Assembly (NCBI GenBank): GCA_051294375.1 | Contig: CM119263.1 | Location: forward strand, 18,004,628 to 18,068,627 | Reading direction: 5' to 3' | From: Paraspadella gotoi | Lineage: Eukaryota; Animalia; Chaetognatha | DNA: 64,000 nt | Part shown: positions 38,660-50,600 of the stretch, piece by piece | Position numbering within the stretch: position 1 is the stretch's first letter | Layout of the letters: the number at the start of each line of letters is the position of its first letter | Made by a program: the position numbers and the translations under genes | The notes under the pieces: generated by a model | The model's database searches: none | Seen by the model: only the letters and a program-made list of their open reading frames with translations | Told to the model about the DNA's origin: nothing

Positions 38660-41600
38660 CACGAAAAAAAGAAGACCGGCACGAATACATGTATAAACGC
38701 AGAACTCCATAGGCGCGGAAAAAATATCCACTACCACCCTAAGCACCGGATGCAGAAAGTCGGAAGTAAAAAGGCGAATTAAAAACTCTACCGGTAAAAA
38801 TACTTTTCGTTGATCGCGGTTCGTCGAGTAAATTGCGCTTGTGTGTCAAGTTGGCAGAAAATACGAAGCTGAGATGATCGAAGTTATTGTATTCCCGTCC
38901 TAGATATCGTCGCGCGACAAGATATAGGAGGAATTGCCATGATATGGATCTACGGACGCCGACGACTTCGTTTATCATCGAAGAAAAGCTTTTTTCATCG
39001 ATGATCAAAAGCTTATCAAAAGATTATCAAAAGCTTTCCCGCCGAATAGCTCGAATAAAGTTATTATACGAAACATGTTTCTCATAACATTCTAAAATAT
39101 GACAATAAATACATAGTACAAATACGAGGTGCCTTCGAATAAGGAGGGAAAGTAAACACGGTTTTTTTTTATCTCTTGAATAGATAGATGAAAAAGAAAA
39201 TCGGCATGGGAAGTGGAGGGCGAAAAAGAAGAGGTACTAACAGCTTAGGGAGAAAACATAAGACCATCGAAGGAAAAAAGGATATTTGAAGATCATTAAA
39301 ATCGCATATTCAGGTACTCGCTGCTTACTTTGGCAATGACGTCGGTTTGGTTTATTGAGATTTTTTTGAAAAGATTTATACAAAAACGAAAACTGAACTC
39401 ACCCCGATCTGTGCCTCAGCCTTCCGCCTCTCTTTCTCCGACTCCTCTTTCTCCTTTTGCAATTTCTCAGTAAGGGTGTGATGTTTGTGAATATCCTCCT
39501 GCAGCCGAGAAATTTCCTGAAATGAGGAAGTTATAAAATAAAATAATTTAAAGAACTAAATTATTCCATCGAAAATCTACAGAAGAGTTAAATGAAATAG
39601 ATGTTTTTGATTAATGGAGAAGAAGACTCGCGAAGTCGAAGGCTGGTTTTAGTGCTAAATTTGGCCGGTCGATAGTTAAAAATTAAGATTACCATAGAAG
39701 CTGAGGTACTCACCAGTCACCACAAGTGACAAAAAAGGAAACGGAGAAAACACAATATTTAGCTATTTTTTACACCAAAATAAAACGAAAAAACGAAGCC
39801 AATTAACTTACCCTTTCCTTCTCGTGGACTGCACGTTGCCGCTCGTCCAACTCGCCCGTCGACTGATCCAACAACTTGGAGAGCCGTTTCAATTCTGTCT
39901 GGTGGTCTTCCATCAGTTGTCGAATAGCCGCAGCGTCGTCTAAAGAAATTTAGGAGGAAAATATATAAAAAAATTAAAAATTAAAAAAATTAATTTTTAA
40001 AAAAAAATTTCCTGACCTGCGACAGATCTAGGTGAGTCAACCCCAGATGTGGAGTCGGAATTGACGGTGGCTGCGGTGGTCGGGGGAAGCTTGCCTTCCC
40101 AACCTTTCCTCAACTCTTTACCGACTTTTTCAAGCTCTTCTTCGCGCATTTCAAGCGCTTTGCCCGTCTCGTCCAACTTGCGCTCCTTGCCAGCCAACTC
40201 CTTGCCCACCCGATCAAGCTCGTCTTCCTTATCCTCCAATTCTCCTGCCAATTCCCGTAGTCGGTTTTCGTGATCCTCCGCCGATCGGCGCAGTGCCTCG
40301 ATCGTAGCTTCCTTCTCAGCCAATTGGGAAGAAAGGTGCGAGGCACGAGCCTCAAGCTCCTCCTGTGAGAAAAGGGGGGAAAAGTTCTTTCAATCAACAT
40401 GACTACTGACGGACTAGATCGAGATTCGCCAATAGAACAGCATTATGATGATTTCCTCCTTTTTCTCCTTATTCAGCTATTTATTAAACAAAAACACACC
40501 CGAATGCTATGTCTAAGTCTTACAAAGAATGAATAAAGGAAGTGCCAAAAATAAAAAATGATTTACAATTTTTTTTAAATAGCGCGGAAAAATCTGAGAG
40601 GTCCATGGGGCCGTGGGCGGCGGCGTGGTAGTATTGTCGCCGCCGTCTCCGGCGCCGCTCAGGTCATCAGCCGAATAGAATCTCTTCTGCCTTCCCTCTT
40701 TGGGACTCATGATTCTGATTTGATCATCGCCGAAGGAAACCCTCTTCTCTTTCATCCTGGAGCCGCTCGGCCCTCCAACGCCCCGCTCGCCGTTCAAGAT
40801 CCCTCTGACCTTTGAAGGGCGAAGATTTTCTTTGACCTTCGATCCGTCTTCATTCTCGTCTTCCTCCTCATCCTCTCCTCGGGTCTGCACGGCGACATCC
40901 GCTTTTGAAGCATCCTTTGTCTTTGATGGCGACATCTTTGTTGATGGTGGCAAATAAAAAAAAGTGTTTCCTCTGCGTAGAGGAAACTTCTTCCTGATGT
41001 AGGCATCCCGTCTAACCTGGTCTTCCTCCTCCTTGTCAAGCATCGCTATATGCCTTAGGTCACGCTCATCAATTCGCGCATCAACCTCCTCAGAACGCTT
41101 GAGGAGATAGCCGATATAAGCGCGTTCTGCCTCGACGAGAGACTTGAAGTTACGAATAGGCTCTTTAGTTGAAAAGGCAACGAGGGCGTTGGGTGGAGGA
41201 TGATGGGAAGGCTTGGTGGAGGGCTCTTCATCGTTGTCGGATGAAGGGTCGCTGTCAATGGCCTTATCCATTTTTCCAAGCATCTCCTCATCGGATTCAC
41301 CGTCACCACGTTCCCGTGTTCGGCTACTAACCTTCCCAATTTTGGAGGCGTTGGCGGCTTCGTCTTCCTCATCCACTTCCTCCATGGATTCCAGACTCGA
41401 TTTAGAGTGCCGCTTATTGCAAGGATCTTTCGTCTTTTTGCTGATGGCGGATTTCTGAAAAACTTCTTTATCATTGGCCTTATCTCTCTCAGGATCCTCA
41501 ACTATGGATTCCTTTTTTTCCTTGTCATCACTTGCAGCGACCTCAATCTTCTCCTTGTCCATCTCCTGTCTGTTCTCTTCTCCCACGTCGTCCTCCAGCT

Positions 41601-44600
41601 GCCAGACACTGCGTCGTCGCTGCCAACTCCGTTCGATCGCCTGTGCCCCTTCTGGTGGAAGTGATGGGTGGTCAACTTCCTTTTGGGCGTTTTCCTGGAG
41701 GTCTTCCCCACCTGGACCACCATGGTTGGAATTTTTGCCTACACCTTTTCTTTTAGGCTCTTTTTTTGCTCGGGCAAAGGTATCATCATCTCCGGGCAAT
41801 GCTTTTTCCCCAATATCTTTCTTCTTTCCTTTTGTCTTTTCTTCCTCTATTCTCTCATCTTCTGATTTTTTACCATCACTTTCATCGTCTCCCCATACTA
41901 GATCTGGAGCCTTGTATCCCCAGTGAGGTCGCTTGCGACGTTTTTTTTTCCCTTTTCTCTCGTCTTTCTTTGGATCATCTTTTTTCTTGCTTTCATCTGC
42001 AGCAGTGTTTTTTTTCTCTTTCTCATTTTTTAGGGATTTATGCTTATCCTCAACTTTTTTATTAATGTCTTTAGGCTCTATTGGTATTTTATTCCGACTC
42101 TTATTCTCTTTACCCTTCATTAGCGGATTTTTTTCCCTATCAAAATTTTCATTGTTTTTCTTTTTACTTTTTTCAATCTCCTCATTCGATTTTTTTGGTT
42201 TTTTATCTTGTTGATTAGGTGGAATACTTTTCTCTTTAGATGTGTCATCTTCTTTTTCACTGCCAGGATAATTTTTCACCTCGTTCTCTTCCTCAAAATC
42301 TCCAATTATCAAATCGGGGGCCTTAAATCCCCAATAATTTTTCCTTGGTCGAGATTCCGGAATTTCTGGAAGAGAGGTCGCTTGGACGTCTGGACGACCT
42401 TTCGGGGCGTTTTTTGGACGAGAGTTTTCCTTAGGAGTGGAGGAAGAAAACTCTCCGATTTCAGCGTAAACTGTGTCGTCGTCAACCGTTCCCTTTACGG
42501 AGGGAACCGGGGAAGAGGAGGCTGTATTCTGTTTCTTGGCCACAACAGCCGGCAGGTCATCGTCTTTCGGAAATCGGGTTGAATCTGGTCGACTTTTGGG
42601 AGTTGATGCCCTATTTCCATTCTCGACAATGACAGCGCCACCACGCCGCCGAGCGAATCCGAACTCGGTCTCCGACGGCGAATCCGGTGATGTACATCCA
42701 CAGAGACCAGAATTTCCAGATCTCTTTCTGTCGGATTTTTCTGGTTCCGTCTTGCGCTCTGGTTCGGACGGCGCCGATAAGGAAATGTCGTCCTGGGGCA
42801 GCGAGTATTCGTGAAGAATTTCCAGGGTAGAAGACGGATTACGAGGAGGCTTGGGTGGCGATGCCAATGGCGTATCCACATGATCCGTTTTGAGTGGGGC
42901 GGAAGATCGACGAACCGGCGGCGTCGGTTTCCGGTTGGGCCGTGATTCTGAAGAACGATCCATATGTTTTTGAAAAGAAGCTTTTTTTTTCTTTACTAGC
43001 AAATAATAAGTGCGGTAGTGCGACAGAGAGCGAAGTTCAGCGTGTAAAATAATAAAATCGGCGATATGCTGTTGAAGGTGTTTTGGCGCGGACAAAGAAA
43101 GAAAATGAGAACCATTATTTTAGACTGATTAAATTTGAGCGACTCCAGTTACAATCTATACAAGAGGGTTTGCTCTTCTGATTTCCGACTTTGGATGAAT
43201 TTTTTTTTCAGTCGGACCTCCCGGGGGTAGACCATAAAACCTTTCACTGGAAAACCACTTCAGTGGTAAAAAAATTTGAATTAATCACGCAAGATAGGAG
43301 ACTTAAACGGTAGCGAGTGGCCAAAGGTGACGCCTCGAAACGAAGCACCGAAGTGGCGTCGGCGGTGACGACGTCCCACGAAGAAACCGATTGTAATCGG
43401 TGAAACACGCTATCGGAGGTTCACGGCCGCCAAACGAATATTTTTCCAGAATTTATCGAGGCAAAGTGAAATGGATTCACGCATGACTCACGTTGAAATC
43501 GTTTTGGCGAAATTTTAAGAAAAATTTTGCTAAGCCGTCCCTTTCTAACAACGCAGTTTAGAGATAGAAAAATCATTTAATTGATCATTGATCACTAGCT
43601 TTAAGCGATTCCTTAATCACCAATCATTATTTTCCAATCAGCGAAGTTACGATGAGTTTTTACAATTTATTCCTACTAAAAGTCCATTACTTTCCAAGCC
43701 ACTTCAAAAAATACCAGTCACATATCAAAATCCACCACAATATTAATTACTAAACTTAAATTTATTACGCAATAAGTTTCTTGTTATTCATGAACTTGCA
43801 AGAAAAAGTCACTAGACAACTAAAGGGTTCCCTCCTACAACCAGTCATTACATATCGACAGCTCACCTTGGGAGCCTTGGCCTCTCTTCTCTCCGCCTCC
43901 TCCTTCAGCGTTTCCAGTTCTTCCTCCAACTCTGCGATGACATTGACGTGGTTGCGACAGACGGTCTCACGATCCAGCACCTCGGCTCGCAGAACCTCCA
44001 TTTCGGAGAGAAGTTTCGTCTTTATTTGAAAAGGGAGGAGCAAAGGTAAGTAAGAATGGCGGGAGTAAACTGCCGATAGTGACGCTGGTTATGATATTAA
44101 GTCGAATGCGATAGTAAACGTCTCGATGATCTTTCTTTTTTTCCATTTTTTCTAGCCCTTTATAGAAAAAGAACGAGAATGTTACCGCGCGGAATATAAA
44201 ACCTCTTTCGGAACCCCGTCACCGCTCTCCTTAAATATTCGCCCCAATAGTGCATATAAGTTATATTATAACGCTGCCCTAGAGAAAAACACAAAACCGA
44301 ACCCGAAACAACTTCGAAGGGAAAACGACGGAAACGTTGTTAGTTTCATACCTCAAGCCGCTAATAACACTCTCCTACGCTCGCTCTTTATTCCTCAGTT
44401 CACTTGGCTCCGTTCCTTCCTAACGTTCCGACTCTCAGTTCGCGTTCACTCACGCCTGGCATCCTAATGACGCCGCGAGAAGTGGAAAGGAGGGAGCGTG
44501 AGCAAAGGATAAAAATAATAATGTCCGAGGCCTTCTTCCTTTCATTTGGCAAAACTAGACCTCTTCCACACTCTGATTTGCATAAGGGTGAGTATTATAG

Positions 44601-47600
44601 TAAGGCATTACTTCTTCTACGAGGCAAAGCTAAAATTTTTTTTTGTAACAGTAAAAAAGTGAAAAACGATTTTCATTTGCGCTACTACCTGTTTTAAGGT
44701 GTACAACTCCGTAATGAAGCCAGGAACCTTGTGACGAGAAAGATAGCGATTTTTAGGTTCATATTTCCTAGGAACAATATCGGCTGCAAAGACGCTTGTT
44801 ACCCCTTCTTTATTCCCGGCGTCCTTCGATTCCTCCCCGCGCGGCAAAGACGCGAAAGACGCGCTGGAAATGATGGACCGAAAACTCAGTGCTGCGTCCT
44901 CGTCGGCGCCGCGGCCGCAACTACGTGGTCGGCGCCCATTAACGCCGCCACAGTCGCCCGAAGCCGAGGACGCGGCGTCGGCCAGGTGTCGCGGCAGAGA
45001 AGAACTTCGAAGAGAACTACGGGCGGAACCGCGCAAAGAGCTCGAGGTCGAGGAGCCGAACAGCGACAATCGTGGCATGGACGGCGTGGACGAGGCAAGG
45101 AGAGAGAATGGTAGGTGAAGGACTTCGGATTTGGAAGATCGGATACGAGATGCAGGTTTAGAATTTTCGGTTGCCATCGAGGGGTGAGCGATGATCGGCC
45201 CATGTAACGGCCCAATCCCGTTTATTGGTATCATAGCTTATGAGTTATGAATCTAGGTCGTAGAATAAGTTTAACCAAGGAGCGAGAAAAACGGAGAATG
45301 AGGATGACAATGGTAAAAACCGCACGGGGTGTATGGCACAGAAATGAAAGATGGAGGAAAGACGTTGGTATTTTCAAGGTGGTTCTTTCAGTTAGCGAAG
45401 AGAACCGAAAATATGTTTAACATTCATGAGTTGTGTAAGAGAGAAAAAAAGACTTATTTAACGAGGGCAAACGTTTTTTTCAAGGAAACATGGTGGTAGA
45501 GGAACGTGCCGGAAACCGAAAAGATAAAAAGAAAACAGGATTCACAGTCCCAATATGAAAAATTCGCGGAAATATGCTTTAATCCTTGGCATCGGAAAAA
45601 AAAAACTCTTGAAGGAATGAACTTGAAAGGAGAATTGGAAAAGAATGCGGCATATTAGATTTTATTTTTGTCTCCAAGAGGGACTGGGCACGAGACGGGA
45701 AGGTTGATGCGAGGGGGATGGGGGTCTAGCCCATCTAACCCCTCCTACGGCCTCATGAGAGAGCGGTTCCCATGCGCGGGTCAAATGATGAGTCATGACT
45801 CATCGCGCAACGATCATGTGCGAAGAAATCGAAATGATAAGAAAGATGGACCCAAAAAAGGAAACTTTAAACCTTGTCAAAGGTTTCGTGTATCATCAAA
45901 TATAAGAAACTTCTCTAAATTTTTTCATTAGAAAAAACACGATATATAATACTAACTTTTACCACACAAAAACCGTTTCGTCGACGTAAGCATTTACCAT
46001 TTTTAACGAGATAACAGCACGAAATTAATCTCGAATGTCGAGCTATATCTTAAATGACATCGACATACCCTCGATTACAGGAGAAAATTTGATTTTGGGA
46101 AACGGACTGAAAATTCGAGTCTTCAAACCTGAGTGGAACACGCGATTCTTGAAGAGGGAATGCGATGTAGAATGAATGAATCCATGTATATAGAATAAAA
46201 TTGAATCAAATGCGGAATGCGAAGTCGAAGTCGATTAAAAAACAAGAAAGACCATGTCGAGACGTTTACATTGCATACCATCCTAACTCCTAATAAATAA
46301 TATGGTAATGTTTTCTTTACTTCGTAGCTATAGAAAAGTGCAAAGACAACATCATGCAGTGAAATACGATTACATTGGGATAAAAGGCTAACTATACTAG
46401 GCTACTATATTCATCACCATTCATAATCGTCATTCCTTCCAAGAAAGTCATTTATCTATAAATTCCTAGATACCTGCTCTTCGGCGGAAACCCTCTCCGC
46501 CTCGACTCGCTCATTTAGCTCTGCGTTCAATGCCTCGATCTCCTCTAACTTCTCCTCGACGAGGCGAGAGGACAGATCAAAGTCCTCTTGTAGCGACGTC
46601 TGAGTCACGTGACCGACGTGAGGAAACAAAAGCCGTGAGTGGGTAAAAGGAGAGTGTTGTGGTAGGGACAAGAGCGTGCGACCAACGAGCAAGTGCGAAA
46701 GAGGGTAAAAAAAATGTGCGTGATCAGAGGTGGCACAGAAAAGGGGGAATTATTATATAGAGCGTATGAATTTTTGCGCCCGCGAAAAAGATGGGAAAGT
46801 GAACAAGAAAAAAAATATGAACGAAGTACGAGCAGAAAAAAATAACGAGGAAAAATAAGTAAAAATCAACGTGGAAAAGATGAGGAGGTAGGACGGGAAG
46901 AGGAGCGAGAAAGAGCGAATCCGCGATAATGAGATGCGGGAAAAAAAGCGGATCCAATATGAGCATGACGGAGGTGGGCATTCGGTGGGTGAATGAATAA
47001 AAAAGAATAAAAGAAAATAAATAAATATATGCAAAAAAAGATTCATATGCAAAAGATGCAATAAGCGAGGTAAGAGAAAGATATCGGAACAGAAAAACAT
47101 TATAAAAAAATGTAAACATAAGAACATGAGACGAGATAAAAAATAGAGGGAAAAATAAAGTTGGGGAAGAGAAAGAAGGTTTGGGATGGGAAGGATAAAA
47201 AAGAGAATCGCGAAATGAGAAAATGACTTGATGTAATGACGACCAGCGCTGATTCATTTTATGAGCCAAAAGAATTTAAAGTCTCGAGCGATTTGATTTT
47301 AAACCAGAAGAGATATTTTGATTTTTTTTCCACTTTCTATATTTAATTTCTTTAATCATATAAATCCTAAAATTTGTTTCCCCGGAAACCAAAAAAAAAA
47401 AAAAATAATCGGTATTCATACGAATGATGGAATAAAATAATTAACATTAGATTCGGGGAAAAAAAGGGTGGGGAAAAAGAAAAAACTAAAAAAAATTAAA
47501 TTGCTTAGCAAAAAAAATGTTTATTCAAATTTTGCAAATGACATCAAAACATCTCTAGCGGCGATAAAATCGCACCAAGACTTGGGTTAAATATTTAAAT

Positions 47601-50600
47601 TTTAAATTCAGTTTAAAGATAAAGGGAATAAAACATTACTATTAATTTAAACCGGCCAAATTCCCAGCATGAAAGAAAAAAAGCCATTCACGTTTTCGCA
47701 AGTTCCCGAAACAAGATAAAAAGGGGCAATCGCGAAATAAGGATAGGAGCGAACGTAACTCACCTGAAATCCGTTAAGACTCTCCACCTCTTTCTTCAGC
47801 GTTTCCACCTCTGCCTCTTTTTCTTCCAATGTGCTTTGCATGAGCGTCACTTCATGACGGAGCGACGACGCCTCCACACCCACCGCTGACGACAGGTCAG
47901 CTTCGCGGACCACTTCAATGGACTGAGGGGGGGAGGAAGGAAGGATAGGAGATAATATTCGGCGATAATAAGTAAATCCAGTTACATTAAGATGAAATTG
48001 ATTGATGATCCTAATTGAACAAAACATACTAGTAACGAGAAATGACTACTGGAAAGCCCGACTTAAACCCACTCTGAAATTTAAATTGAGATTAAAGGAG
48101 AATAATTTGTAACGAAAGATAAATTTGGCAATGCGTGAGAAGGGTGAGTGAGAAATGATACAGATGGCTGCTAATTGAAATAGATGGAGAATATATATAG
48201 AAGGGGAATTGTAGAATATTAATTTAAATTTGCATAAAAAAATCCAATTAAAGAATACCATTGTAACCACATAACTTGAAGTGCTTACCGGAAGCCCCAT
48301 AGACTCTCCGCCATCTACTGGCTTGGGGGTTGAGGCCGGAAGTGAGGCGCCGAGACGTCTCGCGAAAGAAGCGGAAATCTCGTGAGAATTCTCTTCGGAG
48401 GATGTGGAACGGAGAAGCCGCTCCAACTGAAAAAGCAAAAAAGGGACGGATGGACAAATAAATCAAGTCAATATAATTTGTTAAGTAAAACAAAAACATG
48501 GGAGAAAGGGCTTACTTGTAGATTTAAGTGATCGATCTCGGCGTTTTTCTCGTCCAAGAGTTGTTGGGCAAATATCGGAAGGCTGCTATCTCCAGATGAT
48601 GCCTCCAAGCGTTTTAGTTCCACCTGCAAAAATCATATAGTAAAATAGCTTATTTATTAAATAGATGGATAATTTTTATATTAGTTCAAAATTTCATACG
48701 AAATTGATATTTAACTTAAGGTACGTTGGTAAAACGAAAAAGGAATCAAAGGTCCCATTTAAAAAAAAAATGAAAATGGTCGTTTTTAGAGAACCGCCCA
48801 TTTTTTTCTCTTTTCAATAAGGCGGGCCAAAATTGATCACTTTTTATCATTAAGACTACTAAGAGTTCTGTAATATAAAATTCATTTGTCCATCATATAC
48901 TTAATAATGTAGCAGATTAATTTGTGATCACTTTTTTTAACTAGTGAAGTATAGTATAACAGCTCTACCCAAATCCGTTTTTGAAAATTCTGAATTTGAA
49001 AAAAAATGTTTTCATGATGAACTTTAAATGCTTCTATGTTATTAACTATACATAAAATTTATTTTTTAAAAAATTTCGTTATCCCACAGGGATGCTCTAA
49101 CGTTATTTATATTACAGAACTTTTAGCTTTTACATTGTTCCGCCTTAATGGTCAATCTAGAAAGGGTCCGAAGATGATTTGGACATTGATAAGCAGTTTT
49201 TATTCCTACATCGAGCTTGCGCGAACATTAACGGTAATAAATTCTGTTTTTCACTAATTCCCCAGTTAGACCAAACTTCATAAATAAAACCATCTTACGC
49301 CCTAAAGAGGAGATAACGTCCGCTTCTCCTCCATTAACATTCGAAACTCGTTTCCACGACTTCCTTCCTCCCAACAAAACACGACCGAGTTTCGCTTTTT
49401 TATTCAACCATTTTCGTCATCTTTTTTTTACATCACAATATATCTCCTTCTCAGCACAATCCTCGCACTTCCACCGTATCACCTCGAAATTGGCCTCGTC
49501 TTCCTCATCCCCAGGACTCGGATTAACGAGGTAAAGTTTGCAACGAAAGCGGCATTCAGTCGTCGCCAAGAAAACGTTCCTCCCGATTTCACGTCGCCGG
49601 CTTCCGCGAGACATTGACGAGGGCCCTTCTCGAGGAGCCACTCCGAGCGTGTCGCTGATGTCCCGCAAAACGTCGTCCGATGTGACGAGAAAAGAGTCGA
49701 AAAAATTGTTGTCACGAAGGCGGTCGACGCAGCGACGCAAGTTGGAATGGAGGTCGTCGGCGGCGTCCGCTGAAGAAGAGCGTCGTCGATCCTCATGTCG
49801 TTTTCGGTCGGTACGAACGTTTTTAGCGTCGATACCGTATTTTTCAAATTCGGACGCCATCTTGGTTTCGCCCACATTTTCGTGCTTCTTTCCACTTTAC
49901 AGCGAAAGGAAAAAGAAACGCGAAAAAGAAATTAGTCGCGTTTTTTAAAAGTATACGTAAATTTGTTCGTGCACAGAGGGAAAGGGGGAAAAGTTGGTCC
50001 ATTAGATTTAATCACGAACAAAAATTTTGGTTAATTTTTAAAAGCTTACCTATAAACTGGGAAATATGCACTGGTGGAATGAAGCGATAGATCAGATGGG
50101 GTTCGGCCATGATCGAGCTTGTTCAAAACGAGAGATCTGTTGGGACTTCCGTAAAATCCCGAATCGACAGATCTCGTTTCCGATTGTCGCCCCGCTAAGT
50201 CTGAGTCCGCCAAAATTTTATTCCTCAAATAACTGTCTTTGGAATTACATTCTGATGATTCAGTGCTAAGGCGTGTTCCTGACGCAGTCAACCAGGCCGG
50301 GTGTTTTAACGTTGGCAATCGTCCCCCAGAAAATGACCGCTGGCGGAGAGGTGAATGGCCGAGCGAGTTGATGCGGGATCGCGTAAAGTCTGCGGAAACG
50401 CCCCTGCACCGATGCCGGTATGGAGTACTGTGAACGTGACCACCGAGAGACACACCTTTTCCAGGAGATCCAAATGGATACAGAATTTTCCGGGGTGGAT
50501 CGTACTTGAATGGCGAGAGTCGCAGAAACTCTGGGTCTTCAATGGCTAGCGAGGGACAAGAGGAGGTAAAGCTGTCACGGGACAGAGAGTGGTCAAAATC

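Noticed and set aside
39003-39036. ATCAAAAGCTT x3 tandem
   Set aside because: A simple slippage repeat with no further structure.
44352-44470. Possible microexons tag|CGGCTTGAG|gtatga and tag|GATGCCAGGC|gtgagt
   Set aside because: The first has a purine-rich acceptor and the second is 10 nt and frame-shifting; more likely a non-coding 5' exon or chance.
46724-47269. Phe-rich 'membrane protein' ORFs here and at 30440-31045
   Set aside because: Produced by pyrimidine-rich intron composition; no splice or domain support.
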